Of a stretch of DNA of 64,000 nucleotides, positions 19,554 through 29,981 are shown one piece after another. Source of the DNA: Betaproteobacteria bacterium (lineage in GTDB: Bacteria > Pseudomonadota > Gammaproteobacteria > Burkholderiales > Ga0077523); the NCBI GenBank assembly GCA_025350245.1, contig JANXYG010000154.1:1593-65592 (forward strand), read 5' to 3'. The translations under genes were made by a program, and so were the position numbers. Below the pieces are notes generated by a model. The model did not search any database. It worked only from the letters and a program-made list of their open reading frames with translations, and was not told the DNA's origin. The stretch's first letter is position 1; every line of letters begins with the position of its first letter.

Positions 19554-20978
19554 ATGCACGCATCCGTACTTGCCACAGCCCTGCTTGCCCTCACCCTGAC
19601 GTTGCCCGCTCGCGGCGACGATCTGCCCGATCTGGGCGACGTTTCCGAGGCCACGTTGTCGATCACCCAGGAGCGCGGCATCGGCTGGAACATCATGCGG
19701 CAGATGCGCGAGTCGCCGAACTATCTCGACGATACCGAGGTGGTGGATTACCTCAATCGCATCGGCTACCGGCTGGTGGCGTCGAGCCCTGGCGCGCGAA
19801 TGGATTTCGTGTTTTTCGCGCTGCGTGATTCGACCGTCAACGCCTTCGCGATGCCGGGAGGCTACATTGGCGTGCACTCGGGCCTGATCCTCACCGCGCA
19901 ATCCGAATCGGAACTCGCCAGTGTTCTGGCGCACGAGATCTCGCACGTCACGCAGCGCCACATCGCCCGCTTGCTGAATCAGCAGCAACGAGCGGGCATG
20001 ACATCACTGGTGGCACTTGCCCTGGCCATTCTGGTGGCGCGATCCAATCCGCAGGCGGCGGCGGGGGCGATCGTCGCGGCTCAAGCCCAGACGATTTCCA
20101 GTCGTCTGGCGTTCACGCGCGACAATGAACGTGAAGCCGACCGGGTTGGCGTCGGCATCCTCGAGCGGGCGGGCTTCGACCCGCACGCGATGCCGGTGTT
20201 CTTCGATCGTCTGCAGCGCGCCACCCGCACTTACGAGACCGGCGCACCCACTTATCTGCGCACCCACCCGGTCACTTTCGAGCGCATCGCCGATATCCAG
20301 AACCGTGTCGGCTCGCTGCCCTACCGGCAGGTGCCCGACAGTCTCGACTTTCATCTGGTCCGGGCCAAGCTCAGGGCGGCCCAGGGCGACCTGAGCTTGG
20401 CGGTGGGCTTCTTCGACGAGCTCATCGCCGATCGCAAGTTCAACAACGAGATTGCCGCGCACTACGGGCTGGTGACGGCCCTGTTGCGCGCCGAGAACAT
20501 CACCCGGGCCGCGACCGAAATGGCGGTGCTGGCCCGGATGGCGTCGCCGCATCCGATGCTCGTGGGTCTCGATGCGCGGCTGAAGATCGCCCAGAAAAAT
20601 CGGCAGGCCGCGCTCAGGATTCTGGCCGATGGCGTGAAGGCGTGGCCCGGCGATCGCTCGCTGGGATACGACTATGCCGACGCGCTGATGGCGGTGAATC
20701 GCCCGGCCGAAGCGCTCGACGTGCTCGAGAGTCAGTTGCTCAAAGACCAGAACGACGGCCGCCTCTACGAACTCGAGGCCAAGGCGTACGCCGCATTGTC
20801 GCGGCCGATGATGCAGCACAAGTCGCAGGCGGAGGCCTATGTGAGCGCCGGCAACCTGGCGGCGGCGGTGGAGCAGTTGCAGATCGCCCTGCGCAACAGC
20901 GATGGCGACTTCTATCAGATGTCGAGCATCGAGGCGCGTCTGAGCGAGCTGCGCAAGTTTCTGGACAAGTCTCAGTAG
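19554..20978 (+). CDS. bepA: M48 family metalloprotease with TPRs (BepA/YfgC-like)
   Basis: Signal peptide, LPDLG, NAFAMPGG, HEISH zinc motif, EREADR, YLRTHP. Confidence 0.88.
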   Translation: MHASVLATALLALTLTLPARGDDLPDLGDVSEATLSITQERGIGWNIMRQMRESPNYLDDTEVVDYLNRIGYRLVASSPGARMDFVFFALRDSTVNAFAMPGGYIGVHSGLILTAQSESELASVLAHEISHVTQRHIARLLNQQQRAGMTSLVALALAILVARSNPQAAAGAIVAAQAQTISSRLAFTRDNEREADRVGVGILERAGFDPHAMPVFFDRLQRATRTYETGAPTYLRTHPVTFERIADIQNRVGSLPYRQVPDSLDFHLVRAKLRAAQGDLSLAVGFFDELIADRKFNNEIAAHYGLVTALLRAENITRAATEMAVLARMASPHPMLVGLDARLKIAQKNRQAALRILADGVKAWPGDRSLGYDYADALMAVNRPAEALDVLESQLLKDQNDGRLYELEAKAYAALSRPMMQHKSQAEAYVSAGNLAAAVEQLQIALRNSDGDFYQMSSIEARLSELRKFLDKSQ

Positions 20979-22330
20979 CCGCCGAGCCAGCCGCGCGCGA
21001 GGCCGATCGCGGCGCACAGGCCGATCACCCACATCACGTTCCATCGCAGGTGTATCAGCGCCACGGCCGCGGCCACGCTGAGCACGATCGCGAACCACTG
21101 CGGTCCATCGCCGACCCCGGTGGGAAACATCACGTGGCTGGCAAAGTACACGCCGAGGTTGGCGATCACGCCGACCACCGCGGCCGTGACGCCGGCAAGC
21201 GGCGCCGTGAAAGCGACGCGACCGCGCGTGGCTTCCACCAGCGGCGCGCCGCCGAGGATGAACGCGAACGATGGCAGGAAGGTGAAGAACACCGCAACCA
21301 GCGCGCTCGCGATGGCCGACCAGACGCCGGCCACGTCGGCCCCGTGGCGGTTCCAGTCGGCGACGAAACCCACGAACGCCACCACCATGATCAGCGGCCC
21401 CGGGGTGGTCTCGCCGAGCGCGAGGCCGTCGATCATCTGGTTCGCGGAGATCCAGTGGAAATTCTCCACCAGGGCCTGCTGCACGTAGGGCAGCACCGCG
21501 TAGGCGCCACCGAACGTCAACAGTGCCGCCTTGGTGAAGAACCAGGCCATGGGTACGCGCAGGTCGCCCGGCCTGGCAACCGCGATGAGGATGCCGATGG
21601 TGCCCGCCCACAACGTGAGCGCGCATGCCGTGGTGATGAAGAGGCCGCGGTAGTTGCCCGTTGCCGACGGGTCGAGATAGATCGAACCTGTGCGATCGGG
21701 AGTGGATGCAACGCGCAGCCACGACGGGCGCAGCCGTCCCGCCAGGTAGCCCACCAGTGCCGCCACGGCAATGATCCCGGGAAACGGCGCCCGCAGTACG
21801 GCGAGCGCCAGAAATGCGGCGATCGCCACCGACCAGGCCCAGGGGTGTCGCAGCGTGCGCCGCCCCATGCGCACGCCCGCTGCCGCCACGACGGCAATCA
21901 CGGCCGGTTTCACACCCGCCAGCAACGCCGCGAGCCAGGCGGTATGGCCGAAGACGCAATACACCCACGCCGCCGCAGTCAGGATGAGCACCGATGGCAG
22001 GATGAACAGCAGGCCGGCGGCGATGCCGCCGACCGGGCCGTGCAGCATCCAGCCCAGGTAGGTCGCCAGTTGTTGCGCCTCGGGACCGGGCAGGAGCATG
22101 CAATAGTTGAGCGCGTGCAGGAAGCGCGGTTCGTCCACCCAGCGCCGGCGTTCGACCAGCTCGTCGTGCATGATCGAGATCTGTCCGGCAGGCCCGCCGA
22201 AGCTGATCCAGCCGAGCCGGGTCCAGAAGCGCATGGCTTCACCGAAGGTCGGCCAGCCTTGGGCGGCGGGTGAATCCGGCATTTCGGGTGAATCGGGCAT
22301 CTGGCAGGAGACCGACGGCAAATCGGTCAC
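20972..22330 (-). CDS. chrA: Chromate efflux transporter (CHR family); start uncertain
   Basis: SFGGPAGQI, LPGPEAQQ, TFGGAYAVL, GETTPGP. Confidence 0.9.
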   Translation of the reverse strand: MTDLPSVSCQMPDSPEMPDSPAAQGWPTFGEAMRFWTRLGWISFGGPAGQISIMHDELVERRRWVDEPRFLHALNYCMLLPGPEAQQLATYLGWMLHGPVGGIAAGLLFILPSVLILTAAAWVYCVFGHTAWLAALLAGVKPAVIAVVAAAGVRMGRRTLRHPWAWSVAIAAFLALAVLRAPFPGIIAVAALVGYLAGRLRPSWLRVASTPDRTGSIYLDPSATGNYRGLFITTACALTLWAGTIGILIAVARPGDLRVPMAWFFTKAALLTFGGAYAVLPYVQQALVENFHWISANQMIDGLALGETTPGPLIMVVAFVGFVADWNRHGADVAGVWSAIASALVAVFFTFLPSFAFILGGAPLVEATRGRVAFTAPLAGVTAAVVGVIANLGVYFASHVMFPTGVGDGPQWFAIVLSVAAAVALIHLRWNVMWVIGLCAAIGLARGWLGGY

Positions 22331-22390
22331 GGGCGACGGTTTTCGCTAGAATCCGGCATCTTAATGGGCTCTCGCGTCCGGCGCGCACGC

Positions 22391-23707
22391 ATGCAGAAGA
22401 TCGGCAAATACGAGATCGTCAAGGAGATAGGCAAGGGCGCGACCAGCGTCGTCTATCTTGCCAATGATCCGTTTGCCGGCCGCCAGGTGGCGATCAAGCT
22501 GGTGCGCCAGGAAGCGCTGATCGACAAGGAGCACGGCCGCCGGTTCCAGAAACTGTTCCTGACCGAGGCCTCGCTCGCGGGCAAGCTCGAGCATCCGCAC
22601 ATCGTCAGCATCTTCGACGCGGAGGCGAGCGACACCGGCAGCTACATCGTCATGGAATACATCGATGGCGGCACCCTGGAGCATTTTTGCCGCGTCGAGA
22701 ACCTGCTGCCGATCCCGCGCATCATCGAGATCATCTTCAAGTGCAGCAAGGCGCTCGATTTCGCTCACCGGCACGGGATCATCCACCGCGACATCAAGCC
22801 CGCCAACATCCTCGCCACCGAAGGGTCCGACATCAAGATTTCCGACTTCGGTGCCGCGCTTTCACTGGCATCGGAGACCACCCAGGTGACCGGCGTCGGG
22901 TCGCCGGCCTACATGTCGCCGGAACAGGTGCGCGACCACGATCTCACGCACCAGACCGACATCTTCTCGCTCGGGGTGGTGATGTACCAGTTACTGGGCG
23001 GCAAGCTGCCGTTCAAGGCCACCAACAATTTCTCGATGGTCTATCAGATCATCAATGTCGATCCGCCACCGCCGTCGGTGCATCGGCCCGAGATTCCCCC
23101 GGCGGTCGACCTGATTGTCAAGCGTGCGATGCAGAAGAATCCCGAGCGGCGCTACCAGACTTGGCATGAGTTCTCGGCCGATCTCGCCAGCGTTTTCGTC
23201 GATCTCCGTTACCTGCCCGAGCTGGTTCCCGAGACCGAGAAGTTCAACACGCTGCGCGACCTGGCGTTGTTCGCGGCGTTCAGCGATGTCGACCTGTGGC
23301 AGGTGGTCCGCATCTCTACCTGGTCGCGACACCCGGCCGGCGCCACCCTGATCCGGGAAGGCGATGCCGGTCGCTCGTTCTTCATTCTTGCGGCCGGGCA
23401 GGTGCGCGTCACCAAGAGCGGCCGCTTGCTGAACGTGCTCAACACCGGCGAGTGCTTCGGCGAGATGAGCTACCTCGGAACATCGGATACGCACCGGTCC
23501 GCAACGGTCATCGCGCTCACCGACATCACGCTCATCGAGATCGTCGACGAAGCGCTGGAGCAGTCGACCGAATCCTGCCGCAGCCGCTTCAATGCTGCGT
23601 TTCTGGCGCTGTTGGTGTCGCGGCTCGAATCCGCCAACATTCGCGTGTCGCGACTGTTGGTCGACGGTAATCTGGGCGCATCGACGGCGGCGGCGGCCCG
23701 TCCTTGA
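22391..23707 (+). CDS. Ser/Thr protein kinase with C-terminal cNMP-binding domain (paralog 1)
   Basis: IGKGATSVVY, HRDIKPAN, DFG, GSPAYMSPE; cNMP domain LIREGD, FGEMSY...RSATV. Confidence 0.92.
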   Translation: MQKIGKYEIVKEIGKGATSVVYLANDPFAGRQVAIKLVRQEALIDKEHGRRFQKLFLTEASLAGKLEHPHIVSIFDAEASDTGSYIVMEYIDGGTLEHFCRVENLLPIPRIIEIIFKCSKALDFAHRHGIIHRDIKPANILATEGSDIKISDFGAALSLASETTQVTGVGSPAYMSPEQVRDHDLTHQTDIFSLGVVMYQLLGGKLPFKATNNFSMVYQIINVDPPPPSVHRPEIPPAVDLIVKRAMQKNPERRYQTWHEFSADLASVFVDLRYLPELVPETEKFNTLRDLALFAAFSDVDLWQVVRISTWSRHPAGATLIREGDAGRSFFILAAGQVRVTKSGRLLNVLNTGECFGEMSYLGTSDTHRSATVIALTDITLIEIVDEALEQSTESCRSRFNAAFLALLVSRLESANIRVSRLLVDGNLGASTAAAARP

Positions 23708-24030
23708 GCTTTCCTGCCGACATCGACGTGGCGGGGCTCAAGGCGCTGTTCGCGGGCGATCCGGTCACGCTGCTCGATGTCCGCAATGACGCGGAAGTCG
23801 CCACCGGGGTGATCGCGGGCGCTCGGCACATTCCGCTGCCTGACCTGGTGACGCGCGAACACGAGTTGCCACGTGATTTGCCGCTGGTGGTGTATTGCCA
23901 GTCCGGCGCCCGGTCGGCCCGGGCCGCCGGGTTTCTGGCAAATGCCGGGTTCGGTAGCGTCCACAACCTGCGCGGCGGTATCCTTGCCTGGCTGCGAGAG
24001 GGCGAATCCCTGTCGCCGTCCACCGAGTGA
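23704..24030 (+). CDS. Rhodanese-like domain protein
   Basis: LLDVR..E...G.I.GA.HIP, YCQSGARS, NLRGGI.AW; TTG start overlaps the kinase stop. Confidence 0.88.
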   Translation: MSFPADIDVAGLKALFAGDPVTLLDVRNDAEVATGVIAGARHIPLPDLVTREHELPRDLPLVVYCQSGARSARAAGFLANAGFGSVHNLRGGILAWLREGESLSPSTE

Positions 24031-24281
24031 GCCAGTCCATGAACGACGTGACCGACCGTCCCGATATCGAGATCGACGCCCGCGGGCTGAACTGCCCGTT
24101 GCCGATCCTGCGCACCAAGAAGGCGCTGAACACCATGAAGTCCGGCCAGTTGTTGAGGGTCCTCGCGACCGACCCGGGCTCCGTTCGTGATTTCCAGGCC
24201 TTCTGCAAACAGACCGGCAACGGACTGGTCTACGCCGAGGAGGGCAACGGCGAGTTCCAGTTTCTGCTGCGCAAGAAATAA
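24027..24281 (+). CDS. tusA: Sulfurtransferase TusA/SirA family
   Basis: [18 protein letters not shown]. Confidence 0.88.
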   Translation: MSQSMNDVTDRPDIEIDARGLNCPLPILRTKKALNTMKSGQLLRVLATDPGSVRDFQAFCKQTGNGLVYAEEGNGEFQFLLRKK

Positions 24282-24325
24282 GGCACGTTCTCGACCACCT
24301 GCTCCCCGACCGTGGATCGCGACAC

Positions 24326-24952
24326 ATGAACCGAACCGATCAGTTGATCACCGCTTTCGACCACGGGCTGCGAACACTGTTTGCCCCGGCTCATGCGCGT
24401 CGGGCCGAACCGGGCGCCGATCTGCCCGAGGCTGAGCTTGCCGACCGCGAGCGCGACGTGGCGGCGGCGCTCATGCGCGTTAATCATACCGGTGAGGTCT
24501 GTGCCCAGGCGCTTTACCAGGGGCAGATGCTGGCGGTGCGCGATCCGAGAGTGCGCCATGCCCTGGCTAGCGCGGCGCTGGAAGAGACCGATCACCTCGC
24601 CTGGACCCAATCGCGCATCAGTGCGCTGGGCGGGCGCCGAAGCGTGCTCGACCCGGTGTTCTATGCCGGGTCATTCGCCATGGGCCTCGCGGCCGGTCTG
24701 CTCGGCGACCGATGGAATCTTGGTTTCCTCGCCGAAACCGAGCGTCAGGTGGAAAGTCACCTGAGCGGACATCTCGAACGCCTGCCGGCCGGCGATCAGC
24801 GCAGCCGGGCGGTCGTGGAACAGATGCGCGCCGACGAATCGAAGCACGCCCGGGGCGCCGTGCGCCAGGGCGGCGCGGATCTGCCCGGTCCGGTCAAGTC
24901 GGCCATGCGCATGGTGTCGAAGGCAATGACCGGGTCTACGTATTACGTATGA
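24326..24952 (+). CDS. coq7: Demethoxyubiquinone hydroxylase (di-iron)
   Basis: [37 protein letters not shown]. Confidence 0.92.
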   Translation: MNRTDQLITAFDHGLRTLFAPAHARRAEPGADLPEAELADRERDVAAALMRVNHTGEVCAQALYQGQMLAVRDPRVRHALASAALEETDHLAWTQSRISALGGRRSVLDPVFYAGSFAMGLAAGLLGDRWNLGFLAETERQVESHLSGHLERLPAGDQRSRAVVEQMRADESKHARGAVRQGGADLPGPVKSAMRMVSKAMTGSTYYV

Positions 24953-25386
24953 GTGGCGGCCGCGGGTGCGGCGGTATCGACAATCTCGAAATCGTGGGTG
25001 ATCGCGGCCGTCTTGCCGAGCATGATTGACGCCGAGCAGTACTTTTCAGCCGAGAGATCGATCGCGCGCGCTACCACCTCGGGGCGCAGGTTGCGCCCCG
25101 TCACCGCAAAATGAAAATGAATGCGGGTGAACACCTTCGGGTCAGCGGGCGCTCGCTCAGCGTCGATCTCGACGGTGACGCCCACGATATCCTGGCGCGA
25201 TTTGCGCAGGATGGTGACGACATCGTAGGCGGTGCAACCGCCGGTACCCGCCAGTACGGTTTCCATCGGACGCGGGCCCAGATTGCGGCCACCGCCCTCG
25301 ACCGCGCCGTCCATCACGATGGCGTGGCTGGTTTCGGTTTCGGCAATGAACGCCACGCCGTCGATCCACTTGATGCGAACTTTCAT
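24943..25386 (-). CDS. OsmC/YhfA family protein
   Basis: [22 protein letters not shown]. Confidence 0.9.
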   Translation of the reverse strand: MKVRIKWIDGVAFIAETETSHAIVMDGAVEGGGRNLGPRPMETVLAGTGGCTAYDVVTILRKSRQDIVGVTVEIDAERAPADPKVFTRIHFHFAVTGRNLRPEVVARAIDLSAEKYCSASIMLGKTAAITHDFEIVDTAAPAAATHT

Positions 25387-25620
25387 GTGGAGCTTCCCTT
25401 CCTGAGGCAGGGGCCGGATTGTAGCGGAGGGCTGCCGTTGAATGGTCGCGTCCGACATGCCCGGGTGGTGCAATGCAGCGTCGTCGGTCGCCGGTGTCGG
25501 GTGGACAAGGTCATTCTGGTCTTTTTGTCCAATGACTCAGCGGGTTAGCGCCGTTGCAAGAGACATTCTCTGCGAACCAAGATATAATTTCGTTTTTATC
25601 AAGCGGGCTGGGATGCAGTT

Positions 25621-26220
25621 ATGAGTCAGTCGAAAGCGCCGGTCAGCGGCAGCCGCCGCACCCTGCTCATCGCCACCGGTGCCCTCGGGGCCGTCGGCGC
25701 GGTGGCAGTGGCAGCTCCCTTCGTGTTGAGCATGACACCCAGCGCCCGGGCGAGGGCAGCAGGTGCTCCGGTTGAAGTCGACATCAGCAAGGTCGAGCCG
25801 GGAATGATGATCACGGTCGAGTGGCGCGGGCGCCCGGTGTGGATCATCCATCGCACCCAGGAAATGCTCGACGCCCTGCCCAAGATGGACGAGCGCGTGG
25901 CTGACCCGCAATCGAACCAGCCGCTGCAACCCGAGTACGCCAAAAACGAAAGTCGTGCGCTCAAGCCCGAATACCTGGTGATCGTCGGCATCTGTTCGCA
26001 CCTGGGTTGCTCGCCGAGCGAGAAGATGAAGGCCGGCCCCGACAGCGGCCTCGGTGATGACTGGCTGGGTGGTTTCCTCTGCCCGTGTCACGGCTCGAAG
26101 TTCGACCTCGCCGGCCGGGTGTTCAAGGGCATGCCGGCACCGGTCAACCTCACCATCCCACCGTACAAGTATCTGACCGACACTCGCCTCATCATCGGCG
26201 AAGACACCAAGGGAGCCTGA
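25621..26220 (+). CDS. petA: Ubiquinol-cytochrome c reductase Rieske subunit
   Basis: Tat RR signal, CSHLGC and CPCHGS. Confidence 0.96.
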   Translation: MSQSKAPVSGSRRTLLIATGALGAVGAVAVAAPFVLSMTPSARARAAGAPVEVDISKVEPGMMITVEWRGRPVWIIHRTQEMLDALPKMDERVADPQSNQPLQPEYAKNESRALKPEYLVIVGICSHLGCSPSEKMKAGPDSGLGDDWLGGFLCPCHGSKFDLAGRVFKGMPAPVNLTIPPYKYLTDTRLIIGEDTKGA

Positions 26221-26223
26221 CGC

Positions 26224-27486
26224 ATGGCCAAGACCAACGCGGTGGTTGACTGGATCGACGCGCGGTTCCCGCTTACGTCCAACTACAAGACCCACCTGAG
26301 CGAGTACTACGCGCCCAAGAACTTCAACTTCTGGTACTACTTCGGCTCGCTCGCGATGCTGGTGCTGGTGATTCAGATCCTCTCCGGGATCTTCCTCACG
26401 ATGCACTACAAGGCCGACGCGGCGCAGGCGTTCGCGTCGGTCGAATACATCATGCGCGACGTGCCGTGGGGCTGGCTGGTGCGCTATATCCACTCCACCG
26501 GCGCCTCGATGTTCTTCATCGTCGTGTACCTGCACATGATGCGCGGCCTCATGTACGGCTCGTATCGCAAGCCGCGCGAGCTCATCTGGATCTTCGGCAT
26601 GCTGATCTACCTCTGCCTCATGGCGGAGGCGTTCTTCGGCTACCTGCTTCCCTGGGGCCAGATGTCGTACTGGGGCGCCCAGGTGATCGTCAACCTGTTC
26701 GCGGCCGTGCCCTTCGTGGGCGAGGAACTCTCGGTCTGGATTCGCGGCGACTACGTGGTGTCGGATGCCACGCTAAACCGCTTCTTCGCCTTCCACGTGA
26801 TCGCGATTCCGATGGTGCTGCTCGGCCTGGTGGCGGCGCATATCATCGCCCTGCACGAAGTCGGCTCCAACAACCCCGACGGCATCGACATCAAGAAGAA
26901 GAAAGATCCCAAGACCGGCATTCCGCTCGACGGCATCGCGTTCCACCCGTACTACACGGTGAAGGACATCGTCGGCGTCGTCGTCTTTCTCATGGTGTTC
27001 AGCACCATCGTGTTCTTCCTGCCCGAGATGGGCGGCTACTTTCTCGAGTACAACAACTTCAATCCGGCCGACCCGATGAAGACCCCGCCGCACATCGCGC
27101 CGGTGTGGTACTTCACGCCCTACTACGCGATGCTGCGGGCCGTGCCGTCCATGCTCAGCTCGCAGTTTCCCGGCGTGGTGGTGATGGGCGCGGGCGTCCT
27201 GGTGTTCTTCGCCATGCCCTGGATCGATCGCGGGCGGGTCAAGTCGATCCGCTATCGTGGGCCTTACTACAAGTTCGCCCTGGCCACGTTCGTGGTGAGC
27301 TTCGTCGCGCTCGGCTGGCTCGGCGTACAGCCGACCGATTTCCTCGGCAAGTTCCCCGGCTCCTCGGTCGAGATGGCAACGGTCCTGGCCCGTATCTTCA
27401 CCGTCGTCTACTTCGCCTTCTTCGTCCTGATGCCCTGGTACACCGCGATCGATCGCGAATTGCCCGAACCGGAGCGAGTCACCTAA
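26224..27486 (+). CDS. petB: Cytochrome b (bc1 complex)
   Basis: NFWYYFGS, RYIHSTGAS, PWGQMSYWG, PVWY motif. Confidence 0.97.
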   Translation: MAKTNAVVDWIDARFPLTSNYKTHLSEYYAPKNFNFWYYFGSLAMLVLVIQILSGIFLTMHYKADAAQAFASVEYIMRDVPWGWLVRYIHSTGASMFFIVVYLHMMRGLMYGSYRKPRELIWIFGMLIYLCLMAEAFFGYLLPWGQMSYWGAQVIVNLFAAVPFVGEELSVWIRGDYVVSDATLNRFFAFHVIAIPMVLLGLVAAHIIALHEVGSNNPDGIDIKKKKDPKTGIPLDGIAFHPYYTVKDIVGVVVFLMVFSTIVFFLPEMGGYFLEYNNFNPADPMKTPPHIAPVWYFTPYYAMLRAVPSMLSSQFPGVVVMGAGVLVFFAMPWIDRGRVKSIRYRGPYYKFALATFVVSFVALGWLGVQPTDFLGKFPGSSVEMATVLARIFTVVYFAFFVLMPWYTAIDRELPEPERVT

Positions 27487-28241
27487 TGACGGTCATGCAC
27501 CATTGCAAGAAGCTGCTGGCGGCGCTGGCGCTGCTGCCCTCGATGGTCCTGGCGAGCGACCACGTGCTGCTCGACGAGGCGCCGCTCGACGGGCACGACG
27601 TGGTCTCGCTGCAGCGTGGCGCGCGGACGTTCGTCAACTATTGCATGGGCTGCCACTCGGCCGCCTACATGCGCTACAACCGGCTCACCGACCTCGGTTT
27701 GTCCGAGCAGCAGATCAAAGAAAACCTGATGCTCGCCGGCGACAAGATCGGTGAACCGATGACCATCGCGATGAAGCGCGCTGACGCGAGCAAGTGGTTC
27801 GGTGCCCAGCCGCCCGACCTTTCCGTGGTCGCCCGTTCCCGCGGCGCCGACTGGCTTTATACCTATCTGCGCACCTACTACCGCGACGAGTCCCGCCCTA
27901 CCGGATGGAACAACGTCGCCTACCCGAATGTCGGCATGCCGCACGTGCTCTGGGAATTGCAGGGCGAGCAGGTGATGCAGGCGGTCGAGCACAAGGAAGG
28001 GGAAGGCGAGGAGCCCGGTGCCGCACACGCCGCTCCGAAGCTGGTGCTCGAACGGCAGGGCGCCCTCAATCCCAAGCAATACGACGCGATGGTCGGTGAT
28101 CTCGTCAACTACCTCGTGTACATGGGCGAACCGGCCCGCACGACTCGCTCGCAGCTCGGTATCATCGTGTTGCTTTTCCTCGGCGTCGCATTCGTGTTCG
28201 CCTACCTCCTCAAGAAGGAGTTCTGGAAAGACGTGCACTGA
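27486..28241 (+). CDS. petC: Cytochrome c1
   Basis: LQRGA, CMGCH, PPDLS, C-terminal TM; ATG overlaps petB stop. Confidence 0.96.
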   Translation: MTVMHHCKKLLAALALLPSMVLASDHVLLDEAPLDGHDVVSLQRGARTFVNYCMGCHSAAYMRYNRLTDLGLSEQQIKENLMLAGDKIGEPMTIAMKRADASKWFGAQPPDLSVVARSRGADWLYTYLRTYYRDESRPTGWNNVAYPNVGMPHVLWELQGEQVMQAVEHKEGEGEEPGAAHAAPKLVLERQGALNPKQYDAMVGDLVNYLVYMGEPARTTRSQLGIIVLLFLGVAFVFAYLLKKEFWKDVH

Positions 28242-28271
28242 CGTCGCCAGTCCTCCGGAGCCCAATTCCCC

Positions 28272-28871
28272 ATGATGACCCTCTATTCGGGTACTACCTG
28301 TCCGTTCAGCCAGCGCTGCCGCATCGTCCTTTACGAAAAGGGCATGGACTTCCAGATCGTCGACGTCGATCTGTTCAACAAGCCCGAAGACCTGGCAGTG
28401 ATGAACCCGTACAACCGGACGCCGGTGCTGGTCGAGCGCGACCTGATCCTGTACGAATCGAACATCATCAACGAGTACATCGACGACCGCTTTCCGCACC
28501 CGCAACTGATGCCGGCCGATCCGGTGATGCGGGCCCGTGCCCGCCTGTTCCTGTTCCGTTTCGAGAATGAACTGTTCTCCAACATCGAATCGCTCGAGAA
28601 GGGCAACCAGAAGGTCGGCGAGCGCGCCCGCCTGCTGGTGCGCGACAGCCTGACGCAGATCGCGCCGGTGTTCGTGAAGCAGAAGTTCATGCTAGGTGAC
28701 GAATACTCGATGCTCGACGTCGCGATCGCGCCGCTGCTCTGGCGGCTCGACTATTACGGGGTGCAGTTGCCCAAGCAGGCGGCGCCCTTGCTCAAGTATG
28801 CGGAGCGCCTGTTCAGCCGCCCGGCCTACATCGAGGCCCTGACGCCCGCGGAAAAAGTGATGCGCAAGTGA
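28272..28871 (+). CDS. sspA: Stringent starvation protein A
   Basis: MMTLYSG, LYESNIINEYIDDRFPHP; follows petABC. Confidence 0.95.
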   Translation: MMTLYSGTTCPFSQRCRIVLYEKGMDFQIVDVDLFNKPEDLAVMNPYNRTPVLVERDLILYESNIINEYIDDRFPHPQLMPADPVMRARARLFLFRFENELFSNIESLEKGNQKVGERARLLVRDSLTQIAPVFVKQKFMLGDEYSMLDVAIAPLLWRLDYYGVQLPKQAAPLLKYAERLFSRPAYIEALTPAEKVMRK

Positions 28872-29296
28872 AACCGAGTTCGACGACCCCCTACCTGATC
28901 CGTGCGATCTACGAGTGGTGCGTCGACAACGGCTTCACGCCCTATGTCGCGGTCAAGGTGAACGAGCGCACCCGTGTGCCGCTCGAGTACGTGCGCAACG
29001 GCGAGATCATCCTCAACCTGGGCGCCGACGCCACGCGCGACCTCACCATCGGCAACGACATGATCCAGTTCTCGGCGCGCTTCAACGGCGTGTCGCGCGA
29101 GCTGTCGGTGCCGATCGACGCGGTCAGCGGTGTGTTCGCCAAGGAAACGGGCCAGGGACTCGCCTTCCAGCAGTCGCCCGCGATGCCGGTCATCGGCGAA
29201 CTGTCGTCGGCGGATCTGTCGCTCACGCAGTCGCCTCCGGATGACACGCCCAAGCCGCCCTCGGGCAGCCGCCCCAAGCTCCAGGTGGTGAAGTAG
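28868..29296 (+). CDS. sspB: ClpXP specificity-enhancing factor
   Basis: PYLIRAIYEW, FSARFNG, C-terminal RPKLQVVK. Confidence 0.95.
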   Translation: MKPSSTTPYLIRAIYEWCVDNGFTPYVAVKVNERTRVPLEYVRNGEIILNLGADATRDLTIGNDMIQFSARFNGVSRELSVPIDAVSGVFAKETGQGLAFQQSPAMPVIGELSSADLSLTQSPPDDTPKPPSGSRPKLQVVK

Positions 29297-29338
29297 CCGG
29301 TCGAACGACTGTCGCGCGGCTCGTATACTCGCGCCAGC

Positions 29339-29414
29339 GCCGGATTAGCTCAGTTGGTAGAGCAGCTGATTTGTAATCAGAAGGTCACGGGTTCGACTCC
29401 TGTATCCGGCACCA
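29339..29414 (+). tRNA. tRNA-Thr(UGU)
   Basis: 76 nt GCCGGAT...ATCCGGC-ACCA; D-arm AGCTCAGTTGGTAGAGC, anticodon arm CTGAT-TTGTAAT-CAG, T-loop GGTTCGACTCC. Confidence 0.97.
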
Positions 29415-29527
29415 AAAACCAACACATTGGCGCTTCGTGGCTTAACCCAAACGCCCTTGTTCCGACGCGTTGTTGCTGGTCGGCCGATGGGCGCGTAGTC
29501 TTCATGAACACAGTAGGAGATACTTGC

Positions 29528-29962
29528 GTGAGCCAGGCACAAATCCACACCGGAAAATGCTTCTGTGGGGCCGTTGAACTTGCGGTGACCGGCGCGCCCG
29601 ACATCATGGGGTACTGCCATTGCGACTCGTGCCGTGAATGGTCCGCGGCGCCGATCAACGCGTTCACCATCTGGAAGTCGGCGGACGTCAAGGTCACCAA
29701 GGGCGCCGACAACATCGGCACCTTCAACCGGACCGATCGCAGCTTTCGCAAGTGGTGCAAGTCGTGCGGAGGCCACGTGTTCACCGAGCACCCGCACATG
29801 GGCGTGATCGATGTCTATGCGGGGATCATTCCGACATATCCGTTCAAGCCCGTGGTGCACGTGCACTATCAGGAGACCGTCCTGCATGTGAAGGACGGGC
29901 TGCCGAAGATGAAGGATCTCCCGAAGGATTTCGGCGGCTCGGGCACCACGCTGGCCGAATGA
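29528..29962 (+). CDS. GFA/CENP-V family protein
   Basis: GKCFCGAV, CHCDSCR, CKSCG; AGGAGA RBS before GTG. Confidence 0.88.
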   Translation: MSQAQIHTGKCFCGAVELAVTGAPDIMGYCHCDSCREWSAAPINAFTIWKSADVKVTKGADNIGTFNRTDRSFRKWCKSCGGHVFTEHPHMGVIDVYAGIIPTYPFKPVVHVHYQETVLHVKDGLPKMKDLPKDFGGSGTTLAE

Positions 29963-29981
29963 CTCGGCAGGGGTCGAACCG

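Noticed and set aside
22265-22300. Short duplication encoding MPDSP twice at the chrA 5' end
   Set aside because: Two-copy microduplication in a region of uncertain start; no evidence of function
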